Below are positions 27,783 to 36,725 of a stretch of 64,000 nucleotides of DNA, in pieces. Every line of letters begins with the position of its first letter. The first letter of the stretch is position 1. The DNA is taken from NCBI GenBank assembly GCA_046590575.1, contig JBKJUS010000107.1, forward strand, positions 9,934-73,933. The letters run 5' to 3'. Under the pieces are notes generated by a model. The model did no database searches. It was given only the letters and a program-made list of their open reading frames with translations, and was not told the DNA's origin. The position numbers were made by a program, and so were the translations under genes. This DNA is from Mycobacteriales bacterium. Lineage in GTDB: Bacteria; Actinomycetota; Actinomycetes; BP-191.

Positions 27783-28762
27783 TGTCGATCGTGGCGGCCG
27801 CCCGCAAGGTGGCCGAGCGGCTGGGCGGTGGAGGGACGCTGCTCGTGCACGGCGAGGGCGAGTGGGCGCTCGACGCGCACCACGTCTCCGTCGAGTTCGT
27901 CCACCCGGTAATCGTCGGGAAGCGGTCCTTTCCGGCGATGGTCGTGACGGACCCAGCCGCCCTCGTCGTGGTCGCGCGGCCGGGTGACGTCGTGCTGACT
28001 CTCGGGGCAGCGCTGGAGATGGTCGATGCGGCGCGTCGGGCCGATCTGCCGGTGGTCCCCTTGGTGGCGCAGCGCAAGGACGACATGGTGGCGCAGTACC
28101 ACCTGCTCTGGGAGCTGGCCCACCTCTTTCTCGAAGATGGGGGGATCACTGAGGACGCGGATCTGGCGTTTCTCTACGGCAGCGCCGACGCGGCGGACCT
28201 CGAGCGCGGCGCGGAGCAGTCGTGCGCGGCAAAGTCACGCGAAATCGGAGAGCTTCGCCGCCAGGTTTTGGAGCAGCAGGACGCCGCGCTCGACGCGTGC
28301 GCCCGGTTGATCGCCGGTCGTGTCCGCGAGGGTGGGCGAGTGCTGACCTTCGGCAACGGCGGCAGTGCCACGGACGCCGCGTCGGTCGCTGCTGCGTTCC
28401 GCCGCTGCGGAGTGGCCGCGCACTGCCTCACCGATGAGCCGGCGGTGCTGACTGCACTAGCCAACGACGTGGGCTTTGAGGTCGTCTTCGCCCGTCAGGT
28501 GGCAACGTTCGGGGGAGCGCTCGACGTGGCCATCGGGCTCTCGACGAGCGGCGGGTCAACCAACCTGCTCGCAGCGTTTGTCCAGGCACGAGAGCGCGGG
28601 TTGCTCACCGTGGGCTTTGCCGGGTACGACGGTGGTGCGATGGCGTCCGCTGGCACCATTGACCACCTGTTCGTCGTGCCTTCGGAGAGTGTCCACCGGA
28701 TCCAAGAAGCGCAGAGCTCGCTCTATGCCGAGCTGGTCGAGCGGGCGGCGGCGCTCAGGTAG
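27782..28762 (+). CDS. tandem SIS-domain protein (phosphoheptose-isomerase-like), hyp-operon associated
   Basis: FGNGGSATDAAS and LSTSGGSTNLL are SIS signatures. The start overlaps the hypE stop. Confidence 0.7.
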   Translation: MSIVAAARKVAERLGGGGTLLVHGEGEWALDAHHVSVEFVHPVIVGKRSFPAMVVTDPAALVVVARPGDVVLTLGAALEMVDAARRADLPVVPLVAQRKDDMVAQYHLLWELAHLFLEDGGITEDADLAFLYGSADAADLERGAEQSCAAKSREIGELRRQVLEQQDAALDACARLIAGRVREGGRVLTFGNGGSATDAASVAAAFRRCGVAAHCLTDEPAVLTALANDVGFEVVFARQVATFGGALDVAIGLSTSGGSTNLLAAFVQARERGLLTVGFAGYDGGAMASAGTIDHLFVVPSESVHRIQEAQSSLYAELVERAAALR

Positions 28763-29396
28763 CGGCAGCCACTGCTGCAGCAGGCTCCTCGACGGCCACC
28801 AGTCCGACGGCGTCCGGGTCGAATTCCGCTGATCCCCGACCGGTGAGCCGGTCGAACTCATCCAGCAGCTCGGTGAGAAAGGAGACCAGGGCAGCGGCGT
28901 ACGCGGCGGCGTGGGCGGCGGCGAAGAGGAACAGGTCGTCGTAGGCGTCGGCCCGCACCCGCGCCGCGGCCAGGTCGGCAGCGGCTTGGCACTCCCGTTC
29001 CACGAAGCTGTCGTCGTACCACCCGCGTTCCGCGTCGGTGCTCCGCGACCACCATGCCTGCGAGGTGGACCGCACCCGACCCCGCGTCCGGTCGGCGCAC
29101 CAGCGAGCGAGGCCCGCGTCGACCGTTTCGTCGATCCGTGCGGTGCCGGTCAGGCGAGGGATGAGGGGGACCAGCAGGTCGCGATGTTCGTCGTCCAGTC
29201 GGTCATTGATGATTTGCGCGGCGCGAGCAATCCGCGGGTGCGTGCAGGCGGGATGGTCACTCCACTGCTCACCAGCGAGGAAGCTGACCAGCTCCATGAC
29301 GCACCCACCGTCATCGACGGCCGGGTGCGCACCGGCTGACAGCATTGGTGCACGACGTCCTTCGACCATGGGGCACTCCACCTTGTCGTCGACCAC
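28755..29396 (-). CDS. hypothetical protein
   Basis: 213-aa ORF convergent with the SIS gene. No recognised motif, and the start is uncertain. Confidence 0.3.
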   Translation of the reverse strand: MVDDKVECPMVEGRRAPMLSAGAHPAVDDGGCVMELVSFLAGEQWSDHPACTHPRIARAAQIINDRLDDEHRDLLVPLIPRLTGTARIDETVDAGLARWCADRTRGRVRSTSQAWWSRSTDAERGWYDDSFVERECQAAADLAAARVRADAYDDLFLFAAAHAAAYAAALVSFLTELLDEFDRLTGRGSAEFDPDAVGLVAVEEPAAAVAAAT

Positions 29397-29464
29397 GTGA
29401 AGCCACCATGCGCGACTCGGGTCCTCCTGACAAGGGGGGTATTTCCTGGCCTCGTTCGGAGTGG

Positions 29465-31492
29465 TTAGCCGGTGAGCGCTCGGCGGACGAATCGGTCCAG
29501 CCGGATCTCGGAGTATGACGCGAGCCCACGCTCGACAGAGGCGACATCGCGCTCGGCGAGGCCGTTCACTCGCTGCGCCTCGGTGAGCTCGCGGACCAGT
29601 CGCTCTCGGACTAGCGCCGCCTTGTGGCGACCCCCTGATGCGTGGCGGTCCAACCGTGACTGCCGGACGGCCTCCCGGCGGCGCACCGACGCCGCGTAGG
29701 TCGCGGCGTCGGCGGGCAGCTGCGCATTGCGTTCGTCCAGCACCTTCGCTTGCCGGTAGTACTTGGCCCGGATCGCAGCCGCGAGAGCGCTCGGGAGCGC
29801 GGCGGGCTGCGTGGCACGTGCTGCAGTTTCGGTATCACGGCGCCAGGCGCGGATCGTCTGGATCCGGTCGAAGCCGAAGCCGGGCACCCGCCTCGTCTGG
29901 CCGGACCGAATCCAGAAGAACGCGCTGTGGTCGAATCGACCCTCCACCCGCGCGGGAGTCACCGTCGTGAAGTCCGCCGCCGTCCGGATGCCGGACGCGG
30001 CGAGCGCGCGGAGGGAGCGGGACGGAAGTCCCTGCAGATGTCGAGGGTCCAGCGGCGTAGCGGCGAGCGCGCCGATCACGTGAGCACGCTGCAGCAGCCT
30101 CAGGGAGTTGGCGAGCTCGCTGAGCTCGGCACCGCGCAAGGCAGCGCGCTCCATCTCGTACGCCGTGCGTCGGTGTGCGACCCAGCGCTCAATGTCGGCG
30201 AGCTCAGCGCGCTGCTGCTCAGTCTGGTCGGTGGATCGTGAACCACGAGGGCCGTCACGACGGTCCCATTCGCGATCGTGGGCGCGCAGGGCCACTTCGG
30301 CGGCCTCAACGGCGATGGATGCGAGACGGGCTGTCCGGCGACGATCGCGCACTACGGCGCCCTGGCATCGGCGACGGCGGTACTCGGGCGTGGATAAGAA
30401 GAACAGCCACTGAGTGACCGTGCTCGCGACCGCGACGAGCGCGACCAGGAGTGCAGCCGCACTCCCCGCAACAATGCCTGACACTGCGAGAATGAGGACG
30501 ATCGCAGCCAGCACCGGCATCGCCCATGCCGCGGTTCTAGTCGGCGCCCCGACCTCGCGGAACCGGACGGTGAGGTCGGCGGGAACCATCCCCGCTGTGG
30601 AGTCGAGTGGGGGGACGCTGCCGCGCTGCGCCTCCTCGCAGATCCGGCGCAAGGCATCTCCGGCGTCGCGCAAAGGGGGCAGGTCATGCTCCTGCAGGGC
30701 GCGGCGGGCTGGCGTGGTAGGCCCTCCGAAGTCGGTCTGGCGGAATAGGAGGCAGTCGTCACCCCCATCGAGCGCGATCCACAGACTGGGGTCGTGCACC
30801 AAGGCGACGAGGCAGAGGTGGATGACCCAGCACGAGAAGGCATCGACCTGCGGGCCGAAGTCCTCGAGCCGACGGCCCGGCGGCTGGTAGTGCGGGTGCC
30901 CGCGCTCGGTGCCCGTGCACCCGTCGAGTGCGGGCACGTACATCCCGTCGTAGTCGATGAGGCGCAGAGTGCCGTCCTCGGTCACCAGCAGGTTGCCGTG
31001 CTGCAGGTCGCCGTGTGCCAGGCCGTCCAACCGTAGTGAGCCCACGAGAGCGCCGAACTGCTTGGCGAGGGCGGCCAGCCGCTCCGGCTCCCACAGATGC
31101 GTTTCGATGTAGCCGATGAGGCTCTGAGCTTCGACCCACTCCATCTTCAGCGCTGGATACCAGCGGCCGTACACCCGGACACCGCGCTCGAGCAGCTCGA
31201 AGCCGACGGCCCACGGACGTGGTCGCGCTCGCAGCTCCTCGCCGATCGCGGCGTAGCGCCGCTGCTGGTCCGGGGCGAACCGGGTGAAGCACTTCACCGC
31301 GAAACGCTGGCCGGTCGGCGTCACGACCCGGAAGACGCTGGCGAAGTTGCCGCTGCGCGGCCGCGGGAGACCAATGGAGTCCAGCTCGACGACGCCCGCT
31401 GCCAGGTCCGGGTCGGCAAAACAGGACGCCGGGTTCTGCAGCGCGTCGCGGTAGTCCGCGCCCGTCGGGAAGCTGGTCGGCAGGAGTGTCAT
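29465..31492 (-). CDS. membrane-anchored Ser/Thr protein-kinase-like protein (TerY-P triad kinase)
   Basis: Kinase core: FAVKCF (VAIK-like), HGDLQHGNLLV (catalytic loop) and IDYDG (DFG-like). A central TM helix is followed by a long coiled-coil tail. The start overlaps the stop of the PP2C gene. Confidence 0.7.
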   Translation of the reverse strand: MTLLPTSFPTGADYRDALQNPASCFADPDLAAGVVELDSIGLPRPRSGNFASVFRVVTPTGQRFAVKCFTRFAPDQQRRYAAIGEELRARPRPWAVGFELLERGVRVYGRWYPALKMEWVEAQSLIGYIETHLWEPERLAALAKQFGALVGSLRLDGLAHGDLQHGNLLVTEDGTLRLIDYDGMYVPALDGCTGTERGHPHYQPPGRRLEDFGPQVDAFSCWVIHLCLVALVHDPSLWIALDGGDDCLLFRQTDFGGPTTPARRALQEHDLPPLRDAGDALRRICEEAQRGSVPPLDSTAGMVPADLTVRFREVGAPTRTAAWAMPVLAAIVLILAVSGIVAGSAAALLVALVAVASTVTQWLFFLSTPEYRRRRCQGAVVRDRRRTARLASIAVEAAEVALRAHDREWDRRDGPRGSRSTDQTEQQRAELADIERWVAHRRTAYEMERAALRGAELSELANSLRLLQRAHVIGALAATPLDPRHLQGLPSRSLRALAASGIRTAADFTTVTPARVEGRFDHSAFFWIRSGQTRRVPGFGFDRIQTIRAWRRDTETAARATQPAALPSALAAAIRAKYYRQAKVLDERNAQLPADAATYAASVRRREAVRQSRLDRHASGGRHKAALVRERLVRELTEAQRVNGLAERDVASVERGLASYSEIRLDRFVRRALTG

Positions 31493-32256
31493 CGGCTGCT
31501 TGCCGGCTCGAGCACCAGGGCGGTCACGTCGTCGTCGCGCATCTCACCGGTACGCCGCAGTCCGCTTGCCCAGGCGCGCTGGGCCGTCCGACCCTCCCGG
31601 GCAACCTCAGTGAGGTGGTCGACCGGGGGTGAGTTCTGCTCGCACTGCGCAAGAAACCACTGCGCCACCGCGTCGGTGGCTAACACGAATCGGTCCCCGG
31701 TCATCCACGCACCTTGCATCAATTCGACCTCTGGTGCAGCACCGAGGCTCGACACGAGCGCGGGTCGGTTGCCGAAATCCGCCGCCGCCGTGAGCGGAAA
31801 AGCGGTCAGGAGACGACCGTCACGGAGGTGGAACAGGCAAGCGTCGCCGACCGCGGCGCAGCTGAACTGGCCCCCAGCCGCGTCGGCTTCAGAAGTCAGC
31901 TCCAGTGACAGCACGGTCGCCCAGGCGCCGCGCTCCAGCTTCGCCTGCTCGTACCAGCGGATCGGTGTGCCGCGCCGGGCCCGGGCGTCGCGGTAGCGAC
32001 CGACGGCTGCGGGCCACGCGGCGACCGCGCGTTCGACCGCAATGTGGATGTCCGCTGGGGTTGCCCGGGTGCAGCAGCGGACCAGCAGCTGCGCCCACAG
32101 GCCGGCCAGCACGCTCTCGGTCGCACCGTCGGCCACCGCTGCCTGGAGACGGGGAACCGCCTCCTCCACGATTCGGTGGGGCCAGGAGGCGTCTTCGTAC
32201 TCGCGGTCGGTGCTGCCCTCTTTGGGAACCCGGACGCGTGCCAGCTGGGCGCGCAC
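31489..32256 (-). CDS. PP2C-family (PPM) protein phosphatase (TerY-P triad phosphatase)
   Basis: ...DASWPH..., FSCAAVGDACLFH, DRFVLATDAV and DDVTALVL are PP2C-like motifs. It is translationally coupled between the vWA and kinase genes. Confidence 0.65.
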   Translation of the reverse strand: MRAQLARVRVPKEGSTDREYEDASWPHRIVEEAVPRLQAAVADGATESVLAGLWAQLLVRCCTRATPADIHIAVERAVAAWPAAVGRYRDARARRGTPIRWYEQAKLERGAWATVLSLELTSEADAAGGQFSCAAVGDACLFHLRDGRLLTAFPLTAAADFGNRPALVSSLGAAPEVELMQGAWMTGDRFVLATDAVAQWFLAQCEQNSPPVDHLTEVAREGRTAQRAWASGLRRTGEMRDDDVTALVLEPASSR

Positions 32257-33095
32257 TAGCGAACGTCGCCGGCCTGGGTGCCGATGTCGAGGAACTGCAC
32301 CACAGCGGTCACGTCCGCGTTGAACACGAAGCCGCGGGTGGCTTCGGAGACCCGGTATCCCTGCTGCTCGGCGAAGGTGCGCATGTGCCCCGGGAGCAGG
32401 CTCGACATCGCGAAGAGGGTGCGGGCATATGGATCGGGAAGACCGACCTCGGTGTCGGGGAAGGCCACCGGAGCGGAGCGGTCGGAGGAGACGTGCAGGT
32501 TGAAAAGCAGCACCCGGCCGTCCTCGCTGCTGAGCTCACGAACAGCTTCAGCTGCTGGTGAGGGGTCACCCTCGGACGACTCGCCGTCGGTCAGGTTGAG
32601 CACGACCGGCGGGAAGCAGCGGGGGTGCTCCGCAAGCCACCCAGCAAGGGTGGTCCGAGCTAGCTCGAGAGCTTGCGGCATCGGGGTTCCGCCGTCGGCC
32701 CGCGGCTCTACCCACGTCGGGAACTGCACAGTGGTGGCGACCAGGCCCCCGGCGCCGTCCGGCACCATCTTCTTGCGCTCCTCGAGCCGGGTGGGTGAGT
32801 CGGCAACCTCGCTGAGTGGGACGAGCAGCCGGTCTGCGAGAGACCCGCCGAGAGCGGGTCCCAGAGTGGCGCCGTACCCAATGACCCCGATGTGGAAGTA
32901 GTCGCGCACGCCCTCTTCCTTGGCACATTTGACTGATAGCTCGGACAACAGCCGGTTGAGGGAATCAGCGACGACATCAGACTTGCGCTGCGGCACCTCG
33001 CCGCCGCCGATCCGATCGGACATCGACGCGGACTGGTCGAGCAAGAATAAGAAGCACGTCGGATTGCCGCGGCTGATCTGCGCCGTGTACGCCAT
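32256..33095 (-). CDS. von Willebrand factor A (vWA) domain protein, TerY-like
   Basis: The MIDAS motif is FLLDQSASM and NLTDGES. A cytosolic vWA sits upstream of the PP2C and kinase genes. Confidence 0.8.
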   Translation of the reverse strand: MAYTAQISRGNPTCFLFLLDQSASMSDRIGGGEVPQRKSDVVADSLNRLLSELSVKCAKEEGVRDYFHIGVIGYGATLGPALGGSLADRLLVPLSEVADSPTRLEERKKMVPDGAGGLVATTVQFPTWVEPRADGGTPMPQALELARTTLAGWLAEHPRCFPPVVLNLTDGESSEGDPSPAAEAVRELSSEDGRVLLFNLHVSSDRSAPVAFPDTEVGLPDPYARTLFAMSSLLPGHMRTFAEQQGYRVSEATRGFVFNADVTAVVQFLDIGTQAGDVR

Positions 33096-33158
33096 GGTCC
33101 TGCCTCTCGCAGCGGCTGGCCGAGTGGCCAGGGTAACCCGAGGTTCAGCCGCTTGCCG

Positions 33159-34964
33159 CTACGGCAGGGGGCCAGGAGCAGCCACCACCACGCGCTGGGA
33201 GTCGTCAATGCGGCGGGTGAGACCGAGTCGGTCGAGGTGCTCGAGCAGCGGGACCGCAACCCGACGTGTGGTGCCCAGCGCTTGGCGCGCCTGGCTCATG
33301 GAGAAGGGCTGAGGAAGCGCTGCAAGCGTCGGCAGTGCCGATTCGACGGCGTCCGGGAGAAGGTAGATCCCGTCCGTCAGCGCCAGCAACATCCCGTGCC
33401 GCACCGCCGTCGCAAGAACGGTTGCGGTCAATCCGAGTGAGTCGAGATCCGCGGCGGCCGGCGCGGCGTACGGCGTCTCCGCAAGACGTCGGGCAACCTG
33501 GCTCAGCGCGTCGCTTTGGCCGTCAGTGAAGCCAGGCGCGGCGCCGGCCCGGCGTACCAAGCCGCCGCTCGACTCCAGAGTCGGCACATCGGCGGCCAAC
33601 GCCGAAAGCAGCCTGGCGTCAGGGGCACCGACGGCTTGCCGTGCTGCCTCTGTCGGCAGACCACCGCGCAGCGGGTGCCGGTGTTCGTCATCTGCCACCG
33701 CGGCCACCAGTAAGTGCTGCCATTGCTGCCATTGCGCGGCGGAGATCAACCAGTTCCCCACCTCCACCGTGTCCTCGGGGGCTGGGTCGTCCTGGTGGAT
33801 CACTCCCCACGCCGCGAGCTCTTCCCGGCGGACCGCACCGCGTCGGCGCACCTCGCCAGCCGGGTCCGGTGCGCCGCTCATGCCCTGCAGAGACGTGGCG
33901 CGCCTCGCCGCCCCGCCGCGCCGTGACAGCGGCTCCGGCGCGGCGTCGAGAACGACCACTCCGGCGACCACCCGCTGCTCTCCTGGGTCACGCAGCAGGG
34001 CCCGATCGCCGGGCTGAAGCGGTAGTGCCGCTGTGAGGTGCAGCCGGGCGGTGTCATCGCCGAGTCGGCGTACGTCGACGGCCACAGCGGCGGATCCGAC
34101 GTGCATCAGCAGGGTGGCCGGCAAGCGGGCCGAGCCTTCCGACCCAGCGTCCAGCCGCACGTCGACCAGGTCGGTGGTTCGCCAGCCGCCGACGGTCACC
34201 AGCGCATTGCCCCGGCGTACGTCGGAGACATCGACACCTCGCAGGTTGACCGCGACGCGAGCTACGGCCTCGACCTGGTCGGCATGACGTTTGAGGCTCT
34301 CCAGCCCGCGGACCCGTACCTGGAGGCCCTGCGGGGAGATCTGCAGCGTGTCTCCCACGCGCAGGGTTCCCGCGCCGAGCGTGCCGGTCACCACCGTGCC
34401 GCTGCCCCGGATGGTGAACGCCCGGTCGACCCACAAGCGAACGCGCGCAGCAGGGTCCGGCTCCGGGAGATCACCTACTAGACGATCGAGCGCACTCCGC
34501 AGGTCGTCGACACCTGCACCGGTGACTCCGCTCACCGCTACCGCTTCGACATCACCGAGAGCCGTGGCCCGGAGGTGCTCCAACGCTTCCGCCATGGCCG
34601 GGCCGGGGCTGGCGAGGTCGCAGCGGGTGATCGCGAGCACGCCATGCCGGACCTGAAGTGCGTCCAGCGCTGCCAAGTGCTCGACCGACTGCCGACTCCA
34701 ACCTTCGTCAGCAGCCACGACGAAGAGGACCGCCGGCGCCGGCCCGACGCCGGCGAGCATGTTGGGCACGAAGCGCTGGTGCCCCGGAACGTCGACGAAG
34801 GCGATCTCCACTCCGGACGGCAACGTGGTCCAGCCGAATCCGAGGTCGATCGTCATGCCCCGCCGGCGTTCCTCCGCCCAGCGGTCAGGCTCCATGCCGG
34901 TGAGCGCGCGGACCAACGTCGACTTGCCGTGATCCACATGGCCTGCTGTCGCGACGACGTGCAA
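33159..34964 (-). CDS. selB: selenocysteine-specific translation elongation factor SelB
   Basis: MHVVATAGHVDHGKSTLVRALTGMEPDRWAEERRRGMTIDLGF...FVDVPGHQRF is collinear with E. coli SelB (GHVDHGKTTL...RGMTIDLGY...DVPGHEKF). Length 601 aa with a long C-terminal SECIS-binding extension. Confidence 0.9.
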   Translation of the reverse strand: MHVVATAGHVDHGKSTLVRALTGMEPDRWAEERRRGMTIDLGFGWTTLPSGVEIAFVDVPGHQRFVPNMLAGVGPAPAVLFVVAADEGWSRQSVEHLAALDALQVRHGVLAITRCDLASPGPAMAEALEHLRATALGDVEAVAVSGVTGAGVDDLRSALDRLVGDLPEPDPAARVRLWVDRAFTIRGSGTVVTGTLGAGTLRVGDTLQISPQGLQVRVRGLESLKRHADQVEAVARVAVNLRGVDVSDVRRGNALVTVGGWRTTDLVDVRLDAGSEGSARLPATLLMHVGSAAVAVDVRRLGDDTARLHLTAALPLQPGDRALLRDPGEQRVVAGVVVLDAAPEPLSRRGGAARRATSLQGMSGAPDPAGEVRRRGAVRREELAAWGVIHQDDPAPEDTVEVGNWLISAAQWQQWQHLLVAAVADDEHRHPLRGGLPTEAARQAVGAPDARLLSALAADVPTLESSGGLVRRAGAAPGFTDGQSDALSQVARRLAETPYAAPAAADLDSLGLTATVLATAVRHGMLLALTDGIYLLPDAVESALPTLAALPQPFSMSQARQALGTTRRVAVPLLEHLDRLGLTRRIDDSQRVVVAAPGPLP

Positions 34965-34967
34965 ACG

Positions 34968-36269
34968 TCAGCCCGCCGCTCCGGCAACAGCCAACACCGC
35001 GTCGCAGAGCTCGGCATCACGCGCAGCGGGAACGCAGCGGAGGTCGAGCAGACAACGGTCGCGCTCGACCCGGCCGACGACACAGGGGTCGCCGAGCCGC
35101 AGCGGCTCGGCAAAGCCAGGAGGCAGGGTGACCGCGGCGCCGGGCAGCACGAGACCGGGCGCGCCGCCGCCCCCGACCGCACCGTCGGAGTCCTCCACGG
35201 TGGCGTCGACACCGCGGCTCACCAAGTCGGCGACCATGGCCGCTGCCCGGAGACGCAACCCATCCTGGCTCTCCGCGAGCGCCGATTGGGTCGGCGTAGC
35301 CGGCCCGCGGATAGTTGCTTCGAGAGCTGCGAGGGTGAGCTTGTCGACACGCAGCGCGCGGGCCAGCGGATGCCGTCGTAGTCGTTCAACCAGGTCCGCG
35401 CGGCCGAGGATCAGACCGGCCTGCGGTCCGCCGAGCAGCTTGTCGCCGCTGCACGTCACCAAGCCAGCACCGGCCTCAAGCGCAGAGGTCGCATCCGGCT
35501 CCGCCGGCAGGATGGGATCGGGGTGGAGCAACCCAGAGCCGATGTCGACGACGAGCGGTGGGCCGAGCGCGGCGAGCGCAGCCACGCTGACCGAGCTGGT
35601 GTAGCCCACGACGGCAAAGTTCGACGGGTGAATCTTCACGATGCACCCGGTGGATTCGTTGACCGCGTCGGCGTAGTCCTCAGCCGAGGTCCGGTTGGTA
35701 GTGCCCACCTCACGGATCCGCGCTCCGGTCGAGCAGATCAGCTCCGGCAGGCGGAACCCGTCCCCGATCTCCACCAGCTCACCCCGGCTGACGACAACCT
35801 CGCGTTCGGCAGCCAGGGCGGTGACCGCAAGGACAAGGGCTGCTGCTCCGTTGTTGACGGTGAGGGCTGCCTCTGCGGCGGGCACTGCCGAGAGCAGCGC
35901 TGACGTCGTGCCGCGTCCCCGCGACGCGCGACGTCCGGTGGCCACGTCGTACTCAAGGTCGACGTAGCCCGCGGCCATCGTGACGGCGGCCACCGCCTGG
36001 TCCGAGAGAGCGGCCCGGCCAAGATTGGTGTGCAGCACGACGCCGGTTGCGTTCAGCACCGGGCGCATCCGCACCGGCACGCCGGCCAGGGCGCGGGCGA
36101 CCTCGTCGGCGACCTGATCGGGTGCGATCTCTCCGGCGCGGGCGCGGGCCACGGTATCGATCACGACCCGTTTTGCTTCCGTCCGGTTCACGCGCTCGAG
36201 CGCGGCGAGCACGCGGGGCTCGGCGAGCACGGAGTCGACACGTGGCAGCTGACGCCTGCTGTCTGTCAT
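34968..36269 (-). CDS. selA: L-seryl-tRNA(Sec) selenium transferase SelA
   Basis: LPRVDSVL, NATGVVLHTNLGRA and the PLP-fold region match SelA. The stop abuts the selB start, and the start is the ATG at 36269. Confidence 0.9.
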   Translation of the reverse strand: MTDSRRQLPRVDSVLAEPRVLAALERVNRTEAKRVVIDTVARARAGEIAPDQVADEVARALAGVPVRMRPVLNATGVVLHTNLGRAALSDQAVAAVTMAAGYVDLEYDVATGRRASRGRGTTSALLSAVPAAEAALTVNNGAAALVLAVTALAAEREVVVSRGELVEIGDGFRLPELICSTGARIREVGTTNRTSAEDYADAVNESTGCIVKIHPSNFAVVGYTSSVSVAALAALGPPLVVDIGSGLLHPDPILPAEPDATSALEAGAGLVTCSGDKLLGGPQAGLILGRADLVERLRRHPLARALRVDKLTLAALEATIRGPATPTQSALAESQDGLRLRAAAMVADLVSRGVDATVEDSDGAVGGGGAPGLVLPGAAVTLPPGFAEPLRLGDPCVVGRVERDRCLLDLRCVPAARDAELCDAVLAVAGAAG

Positions 36270-36567
36270 GAGCTCCCTCGGCCACACCGGTTTTGAAGCC
36301 TGACCTTACCGATTTCGGCGACCCTGCTGAGCGGCGCAGCCTTGGCCGTGACGGCGGAACTCGGACAGGAAACCTCCACCGTTGGGCGGACGCTTCCGCG
36401 CCGGGCGCGATGCATCCTGTGCTGATGCCGTCCTCGGGACTCTCGCCAGTCACCCTGTCCGCATCCACGCTCCGGACGCATCCATCGGAGACCCCGTGAA
36501 GCTTCCTGTTCGTTCCGCACTCGTCGTCGCCGCGGCTTCCGCTCTGGTGTTCCGTAGTCAGAGCATG

Positions 36568-36663
36568 TGGCGGAGGCGGACGGGAATCGAACCCGCCTGA
36601 CCGAGATCCTCGGCCACACCGGTTTTGAAGACCGGGAGGGCCACCAGGCACCTGTACGCCTCC
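36568..36663 (-). tRNA. selC: tRNA-Sec (selC), anticodon UCA, 96 nt, CCA encoded
   Basis: The reverse complement reads GGAGGCGTACAGGTGCCTGGTGGCCCTCCCGGTCTTCAAAACCGGTGTGGCCGAGGATCTCGGTCAGGCGGGTTCGATTCCCGTCCGCCTCCGCCA. The anticodon loop CUUCAAA carries UCA, there is a long variable arm, the GTTCGATTC T-loop is present, and it has an extended acceptor stem. It lies between selA and selD. Confidence 0.85.
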
Positions 36664-36725
36664 AGCGCAGGAGCCTATTGCAGCGGCGCGACACACATCG
36701 TGGCCATCGACATAGCATCGCGGCT

